DNA of 32,512 nucleotides, from the sequence record SRR20825019_912; one strand, written 5' to 3'. Both the position numbers and the translations under genes were made by a program. Numbering within the stretch: the first letter of the stretch is position 1; every line of letters starts with the position of its first letter. Of the stretch, positions 9,458-18,568 are shown piece by piece. The notes beneath the pieces are model-generated. The model was not told where the DNA came from, searched no databases, and saw nothing but the letters and a program-made list of their open reading frames with translations.

Positions 9458-10191
9458 TGCATATCGTCGCAGGGAAACTCGTTTGAGCAACCACTGCACG
9501 CAAACCGGGACATCACATCAATGGTTGGGATGGTGACGGTTGCACCTTTTACAGTGATACCGGTTTCCTGACGGAGCTTGTTCAGTGCACGTGAAAACGT
9601 CTCTGACTTCATGCCAAGGCGCGCAGCAATATGGGTTTTATCGTAAGGGAGCTGTAGCTCAATCGGGCCGTCATCATCACTGCGGCAAAGGCGCAGCAGG
9701 AAACAGCCAATGCGCTGGGACGCGTTCTGAAGCGTAAGGCTTTCAATCTCCCGCGTCTGGCGTTTGCGGTGGAGCGATAGGGAGCCTAGCATCGCCAGCG
9801 CGAGCTGGTTATCCTTTTCAATCGCGTTTTGCAGGGCAGAGACCGGCAGCCGCAACACGCCAGTGTCCTCAATCGCCACCGCACTGTAGGCATGCTCGTT
9901 GTTCTCAAAGATTGCGGTCTCGGCAACAAGCTGGCCTGAGGAAACAATCTCGATCACCGCCTCATTGCCGTCCATCGTTTCCCTGAACAGTTTCACCCAG
10001 CCGCTAAGGATGAGATAGAACCAGTCTGTCGGGTCATCCTGCAGGAAAAGGGCTTCACCCTTGCGGTATACCGAAAAGTCACTGGCACGCGAAAACACCT
10101 CCACAACATGATCCGGCGCGTCCTTAAACAACGGCACAGCTGCAAGCAGTGCGTATTTGTCGACGTGACGATGTTCAGTTGTGGTGGCCAT
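9454..10191 (-). CDS. Crp/Fnr-family transcriptional regulator (Dnr/NnrR-like core, C-terminal Cys motif)
   Basis: cNMP-like domain (GEALFLQDD, LSGWVKL), HTH IAARLGMKSETFSRAL; ATG at 10191 follows GGGGAAG; C-terminus ACSGCSNEFPC. Confidence 0.93.
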   Translation of the reverse strand: MATTTEHRHVDKYALLAAVPLFKDAPDHVVEVFSRASDFSVYRKGEALFLQDDPTDWFYLILSGWVKLFRETMDGNEAVIEIVSSGQLVAETAIFENNEHAYSAVAIEDTGVLRLPVSALQNAIEKDNQLALAMLGSLSLHRKRQTREIESLTLQNASQRIGCFLLRLCRSDDDGPIELQLPYDKTHIAARLGMKSETFSRALNKLRQETGITVKGATVTIPTIDVMSRFACSGCSNEFPCDDMH

Positions 10192-10237
10192 TCGCTTCTT
10201 CCCCAAGCATTTCCATGCGCAATAGTACACAGAAATT

Positions 10238-10253
10238 GTTAAGCGGATACTAA
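10238..10253 (-). promoter_or_regulatory. CtrA-like box (proximal) upstream of the Crp/Fnr gene
   Basis: Minus strand TTAG-TATCCGC-TTAAC, one mismatch to TTAA-N7-TTAAC; a -10-like TACTAT follows 10 nt downstream (10222-10227). Confidence 0.45.
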
Positions 10254-10316
10254 AGTCGACAGGCAAAATTGGCAATGTGTCAGATTGTCATAGCGGTGGT
10301 GCACCGATGAAGACAC

Positions 10317-10350
10317 AAAATAAAAGCCCGCAAGGCACAACTCACGGGCT
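10317..10350 (-). terminator. Intrinsic terminator of the DUF481 gene
   Basis: Minus strand AGCCCGTGAG-TTGTGC-CTTGCGGGCT (10-bp stem with two G-U pairs) followed by TTTATTTT. Confidence 0.8.
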
Positions 10351-10354
10351 GAAT

Positions 10355-10373
10355 GGTTAATGATTAGTTAACC
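10355..10373. promoter_or_regulatory. Perfect CtrA-consensus box (distal)
   Basis: GGTTAA-TGATTAG-TTAACC matches TTAA-N7-TTAAC on both strands; could alternatively be an RNA hairpin in the DUF481 3' UTR. Confidence 0.5.
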
Positions 10374-10383
10374 TAAGTTTTTA

Positions 10384-11394
10384 TCAGAAGTCGTATACGA
10401 GCGACGCGCGGGTTGCTGTATCCCATTTCGCGGTGCCAATCGGCGCAATGGAATCGTATTTGATATCAAACGACAACCGGGCCGCCAGATGGGAGTTGAT
10501 GCGCGCCGAAAACTGAGCCCAATTCTCAAGTGTGGTCGAATCTGACCCAAAAATGGCGGACGCCCGATCCTTGAATACGATGGTGTCTGTAAGTTTCAGC
10601 TCATAGGTGCTGGATACACGGCCAAGAAATTCCTTGTCGGTCATCGCTGGCGCAAAGTCTGTGGCTTCAACACGGCTGATCCGGATACCGGGGCCAGCCT
10701 CGATCCGCAGGTTCTGGCGCGGTGTGCGGAAGATCTCGGTACCGACCGCGAGGTTTTCAATGACGCGGTAGTCATAACCGGAGAATTTATCCAGCTCAAC
10801 CTCGGAGAAGCTCAAGAGGAACACATCTTTCCACGGCTTCCACATCAGTTCATACTGGCCAACAAACTTTTGCCGGGTGGTGGCACCGTCAGAGCGCGCC
10901 ATATCAAACTTCAGGTCGATCGAATGGTTCCACTTGGGGCCAAAGGCACGCTCAAAACTGAGAGCCGCCGAAATGCCCTGCTCTTCCGTATCACCCGTGC
11001 TGGTGCTGCCACCAAGCTGGGCCTGTCCCTGCCAGAGCTTGGGGTCCAGATAATACATGACACCGCGGGCGCGGGATGCGGCCTCTGCGGCTTCTTCCGC
11101 TTTCTGGGCAGCCGCAAGCTCATCAAGATACGCCTGGCTCATCCAGGTTTCGCTGACACCGCGTGCGGCCTTCAGGATCTCGATCCGCTTGTTCGGCCAA
11201 GTGTTGAGCGCCGTGGTCAAAAGCGTATCAAAGGTTGCTTTGTCGTTCGCTACAGATGCCGTTTTCAGCAAATCACTGATGCCAGTGGGGGTGCCAGACG
11301 CCTGTACTTCAGCGGTTGTGGTGATGGCAGCGAGAGCAAAAAAGGCTACCAAAATTTGTTTCTTCGCATTGCCAAAAAGCTGCATGAACGTCAT
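10384..11394 (-). CDS. DUF481 (YdiY-like) outer membrane beta-barrel with N-terminal helical extension
   Basis: Signal peptide; WQGQAQLGGSTSTGDT, DKFSGYDYR, EAGPG and terminal LVYDF pattern; AAGGA RBS. Confidence 0.85.
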   Translation of the reverse strand: MTFMQLFGNAKKQILVAFFALAAITTTAEVQASGTPTGISDLLKTASVANDKATFDTLLTTALNTWPNKRIEILKAARGVSETWMSQAYLDELAAAQKAEEAAEAASRARGVMYYLDPKLWQGQAQLGGSTSTGDTEEQGISAALSFERAFGPKWNHSIDLKFDMARSDGATTRQKFVGQYELMWKPWKDVFLLSFSEVELDKFSGYDYRVIENLAVGTEIFRTPRQNLRIEAGPGIRISRVEATDFAPAMTDKEFLGRVSSTYELKLTDTIVFKDRASAIFGSDSTTLENWAQFSARINSHLAARLSFDIKYDSIAPIGTAKWDTATRASLVYDF

Positions 11395-11515
11395 ATTCCT
11401 TGCGAGACATAGATTAATTTGCCAGTGACTTAGCGCCAGTTCCCTTGAAACACAAGCGTTGAGCCAAATTTAGGCAAAAAATTGGACCTTCAAGGTCAAA
11501 ATCGGGAAAGCGTCA

Positions 11516-12493
11516 ATGCCATCCGCATTCGTTACCGGCGCCACCGGCTTTCTGGGGCGCCATTTGATTGATGTTCTAACCGAACAGGGTTGGACCATAC
11601 ACATTCTGGTACGCGACAAAAAGGCCGCCGAAAAATTATTTGGCGACCGGGTGTCCTATATTAAGGGCAACCTGACCCATCCGCATGATTATGCAGGCAA
11701 GGTGCCAGAGAACCTTGATGCGCTCTTTCATATCGCTGCTGATACCAGTTCCTGGAAGGCTGAGGCCGCACGCCAGCATGAGGTGAATGTGGTTGCCACC
11801 GCAGGGCTGCTGCAACTGGCAACAGACAAAGGCATCAGACGCTTTGTCCATGTATCCAGCGTCAGTGTATACGGCATCCATAAAGACCCTGTGACCGAGG
11901 AAACCGAAAAACTGGGCGCTGATAGCTGGGTTTCCTATGTGAACACCAAAACATTTGCCGAACGCAAGGTCAAGGAAGCCACCTGGCGCGGCATGGATGC
12001 GGTGATCGTGAACCCGACCCACATCATTGGCCGCTATGACAGCCACAACTGGGCCCGGCTCATTATCCGCCATGCAGACGGCAGCTTGCCGGGCGTACCA
12101 CCGGGGGCAGGCAACTTCGCCAATGGGCGCGCGGTCGCGGAAGCGCTGGTGGCGGCCTATGAAAAAGGCAAATGCGGGGAAAACTATATCCTCGGCGGAC
12201 CATATGAGACCATGCATGGTTTCCTTGCCTGCGCTTCAGAAAAGCTCGGCCTGCCGGAGCCAAAATCGCCAACCTCGGCCTTCATGTTGACCTTGCTGGC
12301 GGATATCCTCAGCCTCTGGAGCAACTTCACCGGCAAACGCCCGATGGTCACACCCGAAGAAGCCTATTTCGCCACCGAACGTGTTGACGCCCTGAGCGAC
12401 AAGGCCGTGCGCGAACTTGATTACCGCATTGTGCCGCTTGAGCAATCTGTGGCGGAATGTGTGGCCTATCTCAAGGAAGAGAAGCTTGTCTAA
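11516..12493 (+). CDS. NAD-dependent epimerase/dehydratase (extended SDR, dihydroflavonol reductase-like)
   Basis: VTGATGFLG Rossmann motif, HIAA, HVSSVSVYG, YVNTK (YxxxK), VIVNP, GENYILGG. Confidence 0.9.
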   Translation: MPSAFVTGATGFLGRHLIDVLTEQGWTIHILVRDKKAAEKLFGDRVSYIKGNLTHPHDYAGKVPENLDALFHIAADTSSWKAEAARQHEVNVVATAGLLQLATDKGIRRFVHVSSVSVYGIHKDPVTEETEKLGADSWVSYVNTKTFAERKVKEATWRGMDAVIVNPTHIIGRYDSHNWARLIIRHADGSLPGVPPGAGNFANGRAVAEALVAAYEKGKCGENYILGGPYETMHGFLACASEKLGLPEPKSPTSAFMLTLLADILSLWSNFTGKRPMVTPEEAYFATERVDALSDKAVRELDYRIVPLEQSVAECVAYLKEEKLV

Positions 12494-12664
12494 CCAATCC
12501 GCACCGGTGGTGCCCATGCAAATTTGGTGATTTAAAATTGACTAAATTTTTCACGGCCTTCACACATTGTTATGAAAGTGGGAAGTATTGACGAACCTGT
12601 GTGTTGTTTAACGCCGCACCAGAACATGCCACCGTCTGACACAGAGGGATATTGGGAGAGTTGA

Positions 12665-14494
12665 GTGTCGTTAGGTCAGAGTGTTCACTATGAGATCATA
12701 GGACGGCGCGGTACGCGCTGGACCATTCTCGAAGTGATGTCGGATCGCAAGGCCGCTGTTGCCAAGGCTGAAGAGGCCTGGGGCTCCCGTCGTTACACAG
12801 GGGTGCGCGTCGTCAAGGAAAGCTACGACAAGGTCAGCCACGAATTTGCCAGCGTGGAGATCTATTCCCGCGGCGGTATGCGCAAGACCTCCAAATACGA
12901 CCAATCCGGCACCATCTCACCCTGCCTGACACCTGACGACCTCTATAGCGCCGATGGCCGCCGCGCCATATGGGAGCTGTTGGGCAATACGCTGACCGAC
13001 TGGATGCTGACGCCCACCGAGCTGCTGCATAGCCTTGAGCATTATTACAAGCTCTATAACGCTGGCACAAAGCTCCAAAACGCTGTGCAGCGCACAGCCG
13101 TATCCTACGAGAACGACCAAGGCTCCATTCAGGAGCGTATGCGCAAGATCACCAAAGTGATCGACACCTCCGTCGACATTATGAAGAGCACCAAGGACAG
13201 CGTACCGTCGCTTGAGGTGGGCCGGTTGAACCCGCTGATTGACCAGCTGAAGGAAAAGTCCAACAAGCGTTTCCTGCTCACCTGCGCGATCACCGAATAC
13301 CTGCGCCCTGCTGTAACCCTCACCGACAAAGTTGGCCGCGCCATTGCCATGCTGAGCGGCAACAGGCCCGCATGGGTGCTTGAAATTCTCGACCAGTTGA
13401 TTGGCGAGATGTTCCAGCACCCCAGTATCCTTGGTCAGATGCTCGGGGAGCCCGAAGATCGCGGGCGTTTCATGATTTGGCTCGCGCACCTGCAAGCCGG
13501 GCGGCTGAACCTGATGGGTGAGGACGAACATTCACCCTGTTTTTCAGACGAGGTTTTGCGCCTGAACGGCTTCTTGTCCGAAGGCAAGATGCCGCAAGTG
13601 GCGCGCGCACTTTTCAACCGGCTGAAGCTTGAGATTGAAGCCCCCAAGCCCATATGCCCTGATGGCCTTGTGGAGCAGCTCAAGGGGCTAGACCAACTCA
13701 AGGCCGCCATTGATGAGCTGCAGGACGATGTGGGCATGCTCGAGAGCGTTGAAGAAGCGCTGGCGTCCCGTGCTGGCCGCCTTCTGAACAGTCAGGCAGT
13801 TGGCGAAATGCTGTTCGACATGAAAAACCCGTTTGACCAACTGAATGCGCTGCTGGATCTGGAGCAATATACCATCGGGCACGCCAACAAGCGCATGGTG
13901 GCCAATTTCATGTTGCCGGTGCTGACCCGACCCGAATACGAATCCATCTTTGTTGGCCTTGATAACAAACAGCCCATGCAGCGTATGCATGACCTTGTGC
14001 ATTTGCAGAAGCGCATCATGGACGCAGACCTCACAGAGATGCACCGCCGCAAGATCGCAGAAAAACTGGATGCTTTCTGCCGTGCGATCATGGACAACAC
14101 CCAGATCCTCAAAAAGCTGCATGGGCTCAATATCAGCCTGCAGGAAAAAGCTAAGAAAATCCTCAGCCTCCTGGCGGATAATTATTTCACTGCAGGCGAC
14201 TGCCGGGACCGAGCCGACCATCAGGTGCGCATCTATATGAAGCAGCCAGGTTTTACCGAGGGCCTGATCAAGGGTATGCCGCGCGGAAAGGCAGAAGAAG
14301 AACTTCTGGCGTTTCGCGACCTGCTTGAGCGTGCCGGCCTGAACCGGCCGACAAATGCACCACCGGAAGAACCGGAAGAAGAGCTCGAGGATGAAGAGGG
14401 TGATGATACCGCTGATAACACCGCGCCTGAGGGTGACGATGACAGCGAGGGCCCAGACATCCCCGGCGCGCCTGATACGGCTGAAAAAGCCTAA
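12665..14494 (+). CDS. Hypothetical protein, 609 aa, predicted helical, with acidic C-terminal tail
   Basis: Long ORF with host-like codon usage; GTG start after GGGAGAG; no catalytic motif recognised. Confidence 0.85.
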   Translation: MSLGQSVHYEIIGRRGTRWTILEVMSDRKAAVAKAEEAWGSRRYTGVRVVKESYDKVSHEFASVEIYSRGGMRKTSKYDQSGTISPCLTPDDLYSADGRRAIWELLGNTLTDWMLTPTELLHSLEHYYKLYNAGTKLQNAVQRTAVSYENDQGSIQERMRKITKVIDTSVDIMKSTKDSVPSLEVGRLNPLIDQLKEKSNKRFLLTCAITEYLRPAVTLTDKVGRAIAMLSGNRPAWVLEILDQLIGEMFQHPSILGQMLGEPEDRGRFMIWLAHLQAGRLNLMGEDEHSPCFSDEVLRLNGFLSEGKMPQVARALFNRLKLEIEAPKPICPDGLVEQLKGLDQLKAAIDELQDDVGMLESVEEALASRAGRLLNSQAVGEMLFDMKNPFDQLNALLDLEQYTIGHANKRMVANFMLPVLTRPEYESIFVGLDNKQPMQRMHDLVHLQKRIMDADLTEMHRRKIAEKLDAFCRAIMDNTQILKKLHGLNISLQEKAKKILSLLADNYFTAGDCRDRADHQVRIYMKQPGFTEGLIKGMPRGKAEEELLAFRDLLERAGLNRPTNAPPEEPEEELEDEEGDDTADNTAPEGDDDSEGPDIPGAPDTAEKA

Positions 14495-14500
14495 GGCGTC

Positions 14501-14659
14501 CTAGAAATCCGAGATAATACCGTTTTTCTCCCAGTCTCCATAACGGGTTGGCTCTGGGCCTTTGCGGCCGCCAATTTCCCGCTGCTGGGTTTTGTCCGCT
14601 TTTTCAACTGATTGCGCTGACGATTTTTTGTCCACCGGTTTTTGGGTCTTGTCGCTCAC
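14501..14659 (-). CDS. DUF1674 / SdhAF4-like succinate dehydrogenase assembly factor
   Basis: [17 protein letters not shown]...SDF signature; GTG at 14659 follows GAGG. Confidence 0.9.
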   Translation of the reverse strand: MSDKTQKPVDKKSSAQSVEKADKTQQREIGGRKGPEPTRYGDWEKNGIISDF

Positions 14660-14666
14660 TGCTTCC

Positions 14667-15593
14667 TCACACGCTTTTATCACTAACCTCAGGCGCGGAC
14701 ATGCGGCCTGTCAGGCCTTCCACATGCGCGCGGCGCCAGAAGTATAACGCAAAAGCAGCGACCACAAGCGGCAATATCAGGCCAAACTCGCCCGCATAAG
14801 CCCATGTGCCTTCATATTGCACCGTCATGCGCTGCAACAGACTGAGGATGAAGATATTATGCGCGGCGTGCAGTATGGCTGCCGTCCACAGGCTGCCGGA
14901 CTTGATCCGCAGATAGCTCATGATGAACGATAGACCGATGGTCATCAGCGTGAAGTTGGCGATCTGCATGCCCATGTCGTTGGGGCCAGCGTTATATTTA
15001 GTGAACAGAATGATTGGCAGGTGCCAGAGCGCCCACAGTGCCCCGGTGATGAGCGACGCTATGGGGAAAGACACATGACGCATCAGCATAGGCGTCAAAA
15101 ACCCGCGCCAGCCAATCTCTTCCCCAAGGGCCGTGGCCATATGCCATGTCATGCCAATGCCAGCAAAAATAAAGATCGCCATCAAAAGCGTTGCCGTATC
15201 GCCCCAGCCCACAAGGCCGAGGTGATAGCCCGCTTCCTCAATGAACTTGGGGTCCACAGCACCACCAAAACCGCTGCTCCACAAAATACCGTAGGCAATC
15301 ACGCCGTATATGGCGGGCAGTATGTAAGAAAGCCACTGATAACGTGCCTTGCCCCAACTCCAACCAAGGGTGGCAAGCGGAATGCCGGAGATTTTGAGCG
15401 CCGCGATGGCGGCAATGCCCGGCGTCCACATCAGGAGCGCCATATAGTGCCGCTTGAGCCCGATATCGATCACGAGCCACGACGCGCCCAGCGACAAAAG
15501 GGCCGTCAGCACAACAAAGTTCACAAGAGCCTTGATGCTGGTGCCACGGGCAAGCGGTGCAGGGTTCATTTCGGCATGGTTTGGCGCAGACAT
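14667..15593 (-). CDS. CPBP (Abi/CAAX) intramembrane metalloprotease
   Basis: [17 protein letters not shown] and HAAHN motifs; multiple TM segments. Confidence 0.92.
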   Translation of the reverse strand: MSAPNHAEMNPAPLARGTSIKALVNFVVLTALLSLGASWLVIDIGLKRHYMALLMWTPGIAAIAALKISGIPLATLGWSWGKARYQWLSYILPAIYGVIAYGILWSSGFGGAVDPKFIEEAGYHLGLVGWGDTATLLMAIFIFAGIGMTWHMATALGEEIGWRGFLTPMLMRHVSFPIASLITGALWALWHLPIILFTKYNAGPNDMGMQIANFTLMTIGLSFIMSYLRIKSGSLWTAAILHAAHNIFILSLLQRMTVQYEGTWAYAGEFGLILPLVVAAFALYFWRRAHVEGLTGRMSAPEVSDKSV

Positions 15594-15632
15594 AGATGTA
15601 TATTCAATTCCGTTATTTGACCTTTAAGTCCG

Positions 15633-15654
15633 GAGGGAAACCGAGAGGGAAACC
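15633..15654 (+). repeat. Perfect 10-bp direct repeat GAGGGAAACC x2 (12-bp period)
   Basis: Copies at 15633-15642 and 15645-15654, directly abutting the htpX -35 element. Confidence 0.85.
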
Positions 15655-15685
15655 CTTGAACCATGCCCTCACGCTGCCCAAATAT
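15655..15685 (+). promoter_or_regulatory. RpoH (sigma32)-type promoter of htpX
   Basis: CTTGAA-N16-CCCAAATAT resembles the alphaproteobacterial RpoH consensus CTTGAA-N16/17-CCTATAT; htpX is a classic heat-shock gene. Confidence 0.7.
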
Positions 15686-15732
15686 GAAACAAATCGCAAG
15701 TCAAACGCGACAAACCGACATTTGAGTGAGCC

Positions 15733-16662
15733 ATGATGAGTTTTGCCCGCACCGCCCTTTTGATGGCCGCCATGACGGCCCTTTTCCTGTTTTTCGGCCT
15801 GATGCTGGGCGGCGAGGCCGGTATGCTGATCGCGCTTGTTATCGCCGCCGGGCTTAACTTTATGGCCTATTGGCGGGCGGACAAGATCGTGCTTTCCATG
15901 CATGGCGCGCGGGAGGTCACCAAACGCGACGCGCCAGAGCTTGTGAGCATTGTTGAGCGGCTTTCCCGGCGTGCGGGCCTGCCTATGCCCAAGGTTTATA
16001 TTGTGGACGACGCCCAACCCAATGCCTTTGCCACCGGCCGCAACCCGGAGCATGCCGCCGTCGCTGCCACCACAGGCCTCCTCAGGATTTTGAGCCATGA
16101 TGAGGTGGAAGGCGTGATGGCGCACGAGTTGGCCCACGTGAAAAACCGCGATACGCTGATCATGACAATCACCGCCACCATCGCCGGTGCCATTTCCATG
16201 CTGGCCAACTTTGCGCTGTTTTTTGGCGGCAGCAGAAATAATCCGCTGGGCATTATCGGCACCATATTGATGATGATCCTCGCGCCCCTGGCGGCCATGC
16301 TGGTGCAGATGGCCATCTCCCGCACGCGGGAATTTGCCGCCGACCGGGAAGGTGCCCAAATTTGCGGCCAGCCGCTCGCGCTCGCAGGCGCGCTTGCAAA
16401 ACTGCATCAGGGTGCACGGGCAACCGTCAGCGAACGGGCGGAGCAAAACCCCGCCACCGCGCATATGTTTATCGTGAACCCACTTAATGGCCGCTCGTTT
16501 GACAGCCTGTTTTCAACGCACCCGCGCATGGAAGACCGCATCTTCCGCCTTGAAACCATGGCAGAGCAAGGCGGTTTCACCCGCCCGGCAAGAGGCAGAA
16601 GCGCAGGTTCAAGCGTGCCGGAAACCGACACGTCACCCAAAGGCCGTGGCCCCTGGGGGTAA
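15733..16662 (+). CDS. htpX: Zinc metalloprotease HtpX (M48B)
   Basis: [21 protein letters not shown] (HExxH), [15 protein letters not shown]. Confidence 0.97.
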   Translation: MMSFARTALLMAAMTALFLFFGLMLGGEAGMLIALVIAAGLNFMAYWRADKIVLSMHGAREVTKRDAPELVSIVERLSRRAGLPMPKVYIVDDAQPNAFATGRNPEHAAVAATTGLLRILSHDEVEGVMAHELAHVKNRDTLIMTITATIAGAISMLANFALFFGGSRNNPLGIIGTILMMILAPLAAMLVQMAISRTREFAADREGAQICGQPLALAGALAKLHQGARATVSERAEQNPATAHMFIVNPLNGRSFDSLFSTHPRMEDRIFRLETMAEQGGFTRPARGRSAGSSVPETDTSPKGRGPWG

Positions 16663-16693
16663 GTATCCCTTGTTGGGCAGATAAGGTGGCGGC

Positions 16694-17680
16694 TTAGAGC
16701 CCCAGCTCGCTCGCCGCCAGTTTTTTGAGGTTCACCTCCGGCCGCGCGCCAAGGTGCGATATCACTTCGGCTGCCGCGAGGCCACCAAGGCGCGCGCAAT
16801 CTTCAAGGCTTTTGCCGCTGGTGTAACCATATAGGAAACCTGCGGCATACAGATCGCCCGCACCGGTGGTGTCAAGCACAGTTGCAGGGTGCGACGGTAC
16901 AGAAACCTCACCGTCCTTATTGATCACGACCGAGCCTTTTTCAGACCGCGTGAGCGCCGCCAGCTTCACATGCGGGCGCAGGCGCTCCACTGCTGCCTCG
17001 AAAGTATCTGTCTCATAAAGCGACATGATCTCGCTCTCGTTCGCGAACAGGATATCCACGCGGCTTTCAACCAGCTCAACAAATTCGGCCCGGAAACGGT
17101 CAACACAGAAACTGTCAGACAAGGAGAGCGACACCAGTTTGCCGTTCGCGTGCGCTACATCCATAGCCTTCAGTACCGCCTCTTTCTGGTTATCCCGGTC
17201 CCACATATACCCCTCGATATAGGTCACGGCCGAGCGCGCCACGATATCCTCGTCGATATCGCTGAGCGCAAGTTCACCACAGGCACCAAGATAGGTGCTC
17301 ATGGTGCGCTGGGCGTCTGGTGTCACGAGGATCATGCTGGTGGCCGTGGGCGCGCCCTCAAGGCTCGCTTCTGTTTCATAATGTACACCGATGGCGCGGA
17401 TATCATGGCGGAACACAGTGCCAAGCTGGTCTGCGTGCACCTTGCCCATATAGGCCGCCGTACCGCCAAGGGACGCGATGCCCGCCGCCGTATTGCCCGC
17501 AGACCCGCCAGAGCGTTCCACCGCAGGCGGCATGCCATCGTAAATGCGGGCGGAGGTTTCCGCGTCCACCAGCATCATGGAGCCTTTGATGCGCTCATGC
17601 GCAATAAGGAAATCCTCCTCAACGCGGGCGACAATGTCGACAATGGCGTTACCGATGCAAAGAACCTGAAAATCTGACAC
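16694..17680 (-). CDS. PfkB-family carbohydrate kinase, probable adenosine kinase
   Basis: IGNAIVD, SGGSAGNT, DAQRTM, FANESE, DTTGAGDLYAAGF; GTG at 17680 follows AAGGAG. Confidence 0.92.
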   Translation of the reverse strand: MSDFQVLCIGNAIVDIVARVEEDFLIAHERIKGSMMLVDAETSARIYDGMPPAVERSGGSAGNTAAGIASLGGTAAYMGKVHADQLGTVFRHDIRAIGVHYETEASLEGAPTATSMILVTPDAQRTMSTYLGACGELALSDIDEDIVARSAVTYIEGYMWDRDNQKEAVLKAMDVAHANGKLVSLSLSDSFCVDRFRAEFVELVESRVDILFANESEIMSLYETDTFEAAVERLRPHVKLAALTRSEKGSVVINKDGEVSVPSHPATVLDTTGAGDLYAAGFLYGYTSGKSLEDCARLGGLAAAEVISHLGARPEVNLKKLAASELGL

Positions 17681-17865
17681 GGGTGGTATCTCCTTAAACT
17701 GTGCGGCTACACGTGCCAGCAATTGAAGCGGCACCATAGAAAAGCCATAGGTTATTGCAAGCGTTGATGCGGCTACCTATGTTTGGGGTAAGAAATATAA
17801 TGTGCCTTCGGCAAGGAAAAACCGAGTTCAGGAGAGCACAAACAATAAAATCGCGAGGAAAAACC

Positions 17866-18567
17866 ATGATAGGGCTAGCTTTCAACCGAACCTGGCAGCA
17901 ATTGCTGCATCCCAAGTTTCGCAGTGTGTTTTTCACGGCCGTACTGACAGCCTTTGCCACGCTCTCGGCGCTCATTTACCTGCTGAAAATCTATTGGCCG
18001 ACAGACCTGTCCTATGGCTATAGCTGGCTTGAATGGCTTGACGAAGCCGGGTTCTGGGCCACGGTTGCCGTTGGCTCCTATGTGCTTTTCCCTGCTGTTG
18101 TGACCATGGTCATGGGTTTCCTGACGGACAAGATCGCCCTTGCTGTCGAGGAGGAATATTACCCCCACCGCATGGGCATGCGCAAAGTACCTGCGATTGA
18201 GGTGGTGCTGGGCTCGGTCAAGCTCATGCTGCTGATGATCCTCGTCAACCTTATCGCGCTGATCCCTTATATCCTGCTGCTGGTCACCGCGGGCACCGGC
18301 ACCTTCCTCTTGTTTGTGGCGGTCAACGGATTCCTTTTGGGCCGCGAATATTTCGAGATGGTCGCCATCCGCCATATGGACGCGCGGGATGTTACGCGCA
18401 TGCGCAAACGCAATAGCGGTAAAATATTTACTGTTGGTGCGCTCATCGCGGGCTTGTTTGCGATCCCGTTCCTCAATATTCTGGCACCCATCATCGGCAC
18501 GGCGGTGATGACCCATATTTTCCAACACCTGTCAGGTGACCGTGTACGAGGGGGCGAAGGAGTTTAA
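17866..18567 (+). CDS. EI24/CysZ-like membrane protein
   Basis: DKIALAVEEEYYP, NGFLLGREYFE, IPFLNILAP; several TMs; ATG at 17866 follows GAGG. Confidence 0.85.
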   Translation: MIGLAFNRTWQQLLHPKFRSVFFTAVLTAFATLSALIYLLKIYWPTDLSYGYSWLEWLDEAGFWATVAVGSYVLFPAVVTMVMGFLTDKIALAVEEEYYPHRMGMRKVPAIEVVLGSVKLMLLMILVNLIALIPYILLLVTAGTGTFLLFVAVNGFLLGREYFEMVAIRHMDARDVTRMRKRNSGKIFTVGALIAGLFAIPFLNILAPIIGTAVMTHIFQHLSGDRVRGGEGV

Positions 18568-18568
18568 A

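Noticed and set aside
9586-9598. parS-like GCACGTGAAAAC inside the Crp/Fnr gene
   Set aside because: Only a partial match to GTTTCACGTGAAAC, and it coincides with the constrained ETFSR codons.
14667-15593. CPBP 'Abi' protein as a phage defence gene
   Set aside because: The Abi label for this family is historical. The protease motifs are intact and there is no defence-island context.
15613-16464. 283-aa minus-strand ORF
   Set aside because: Antisense shadow of htpX with no recognisable motif.
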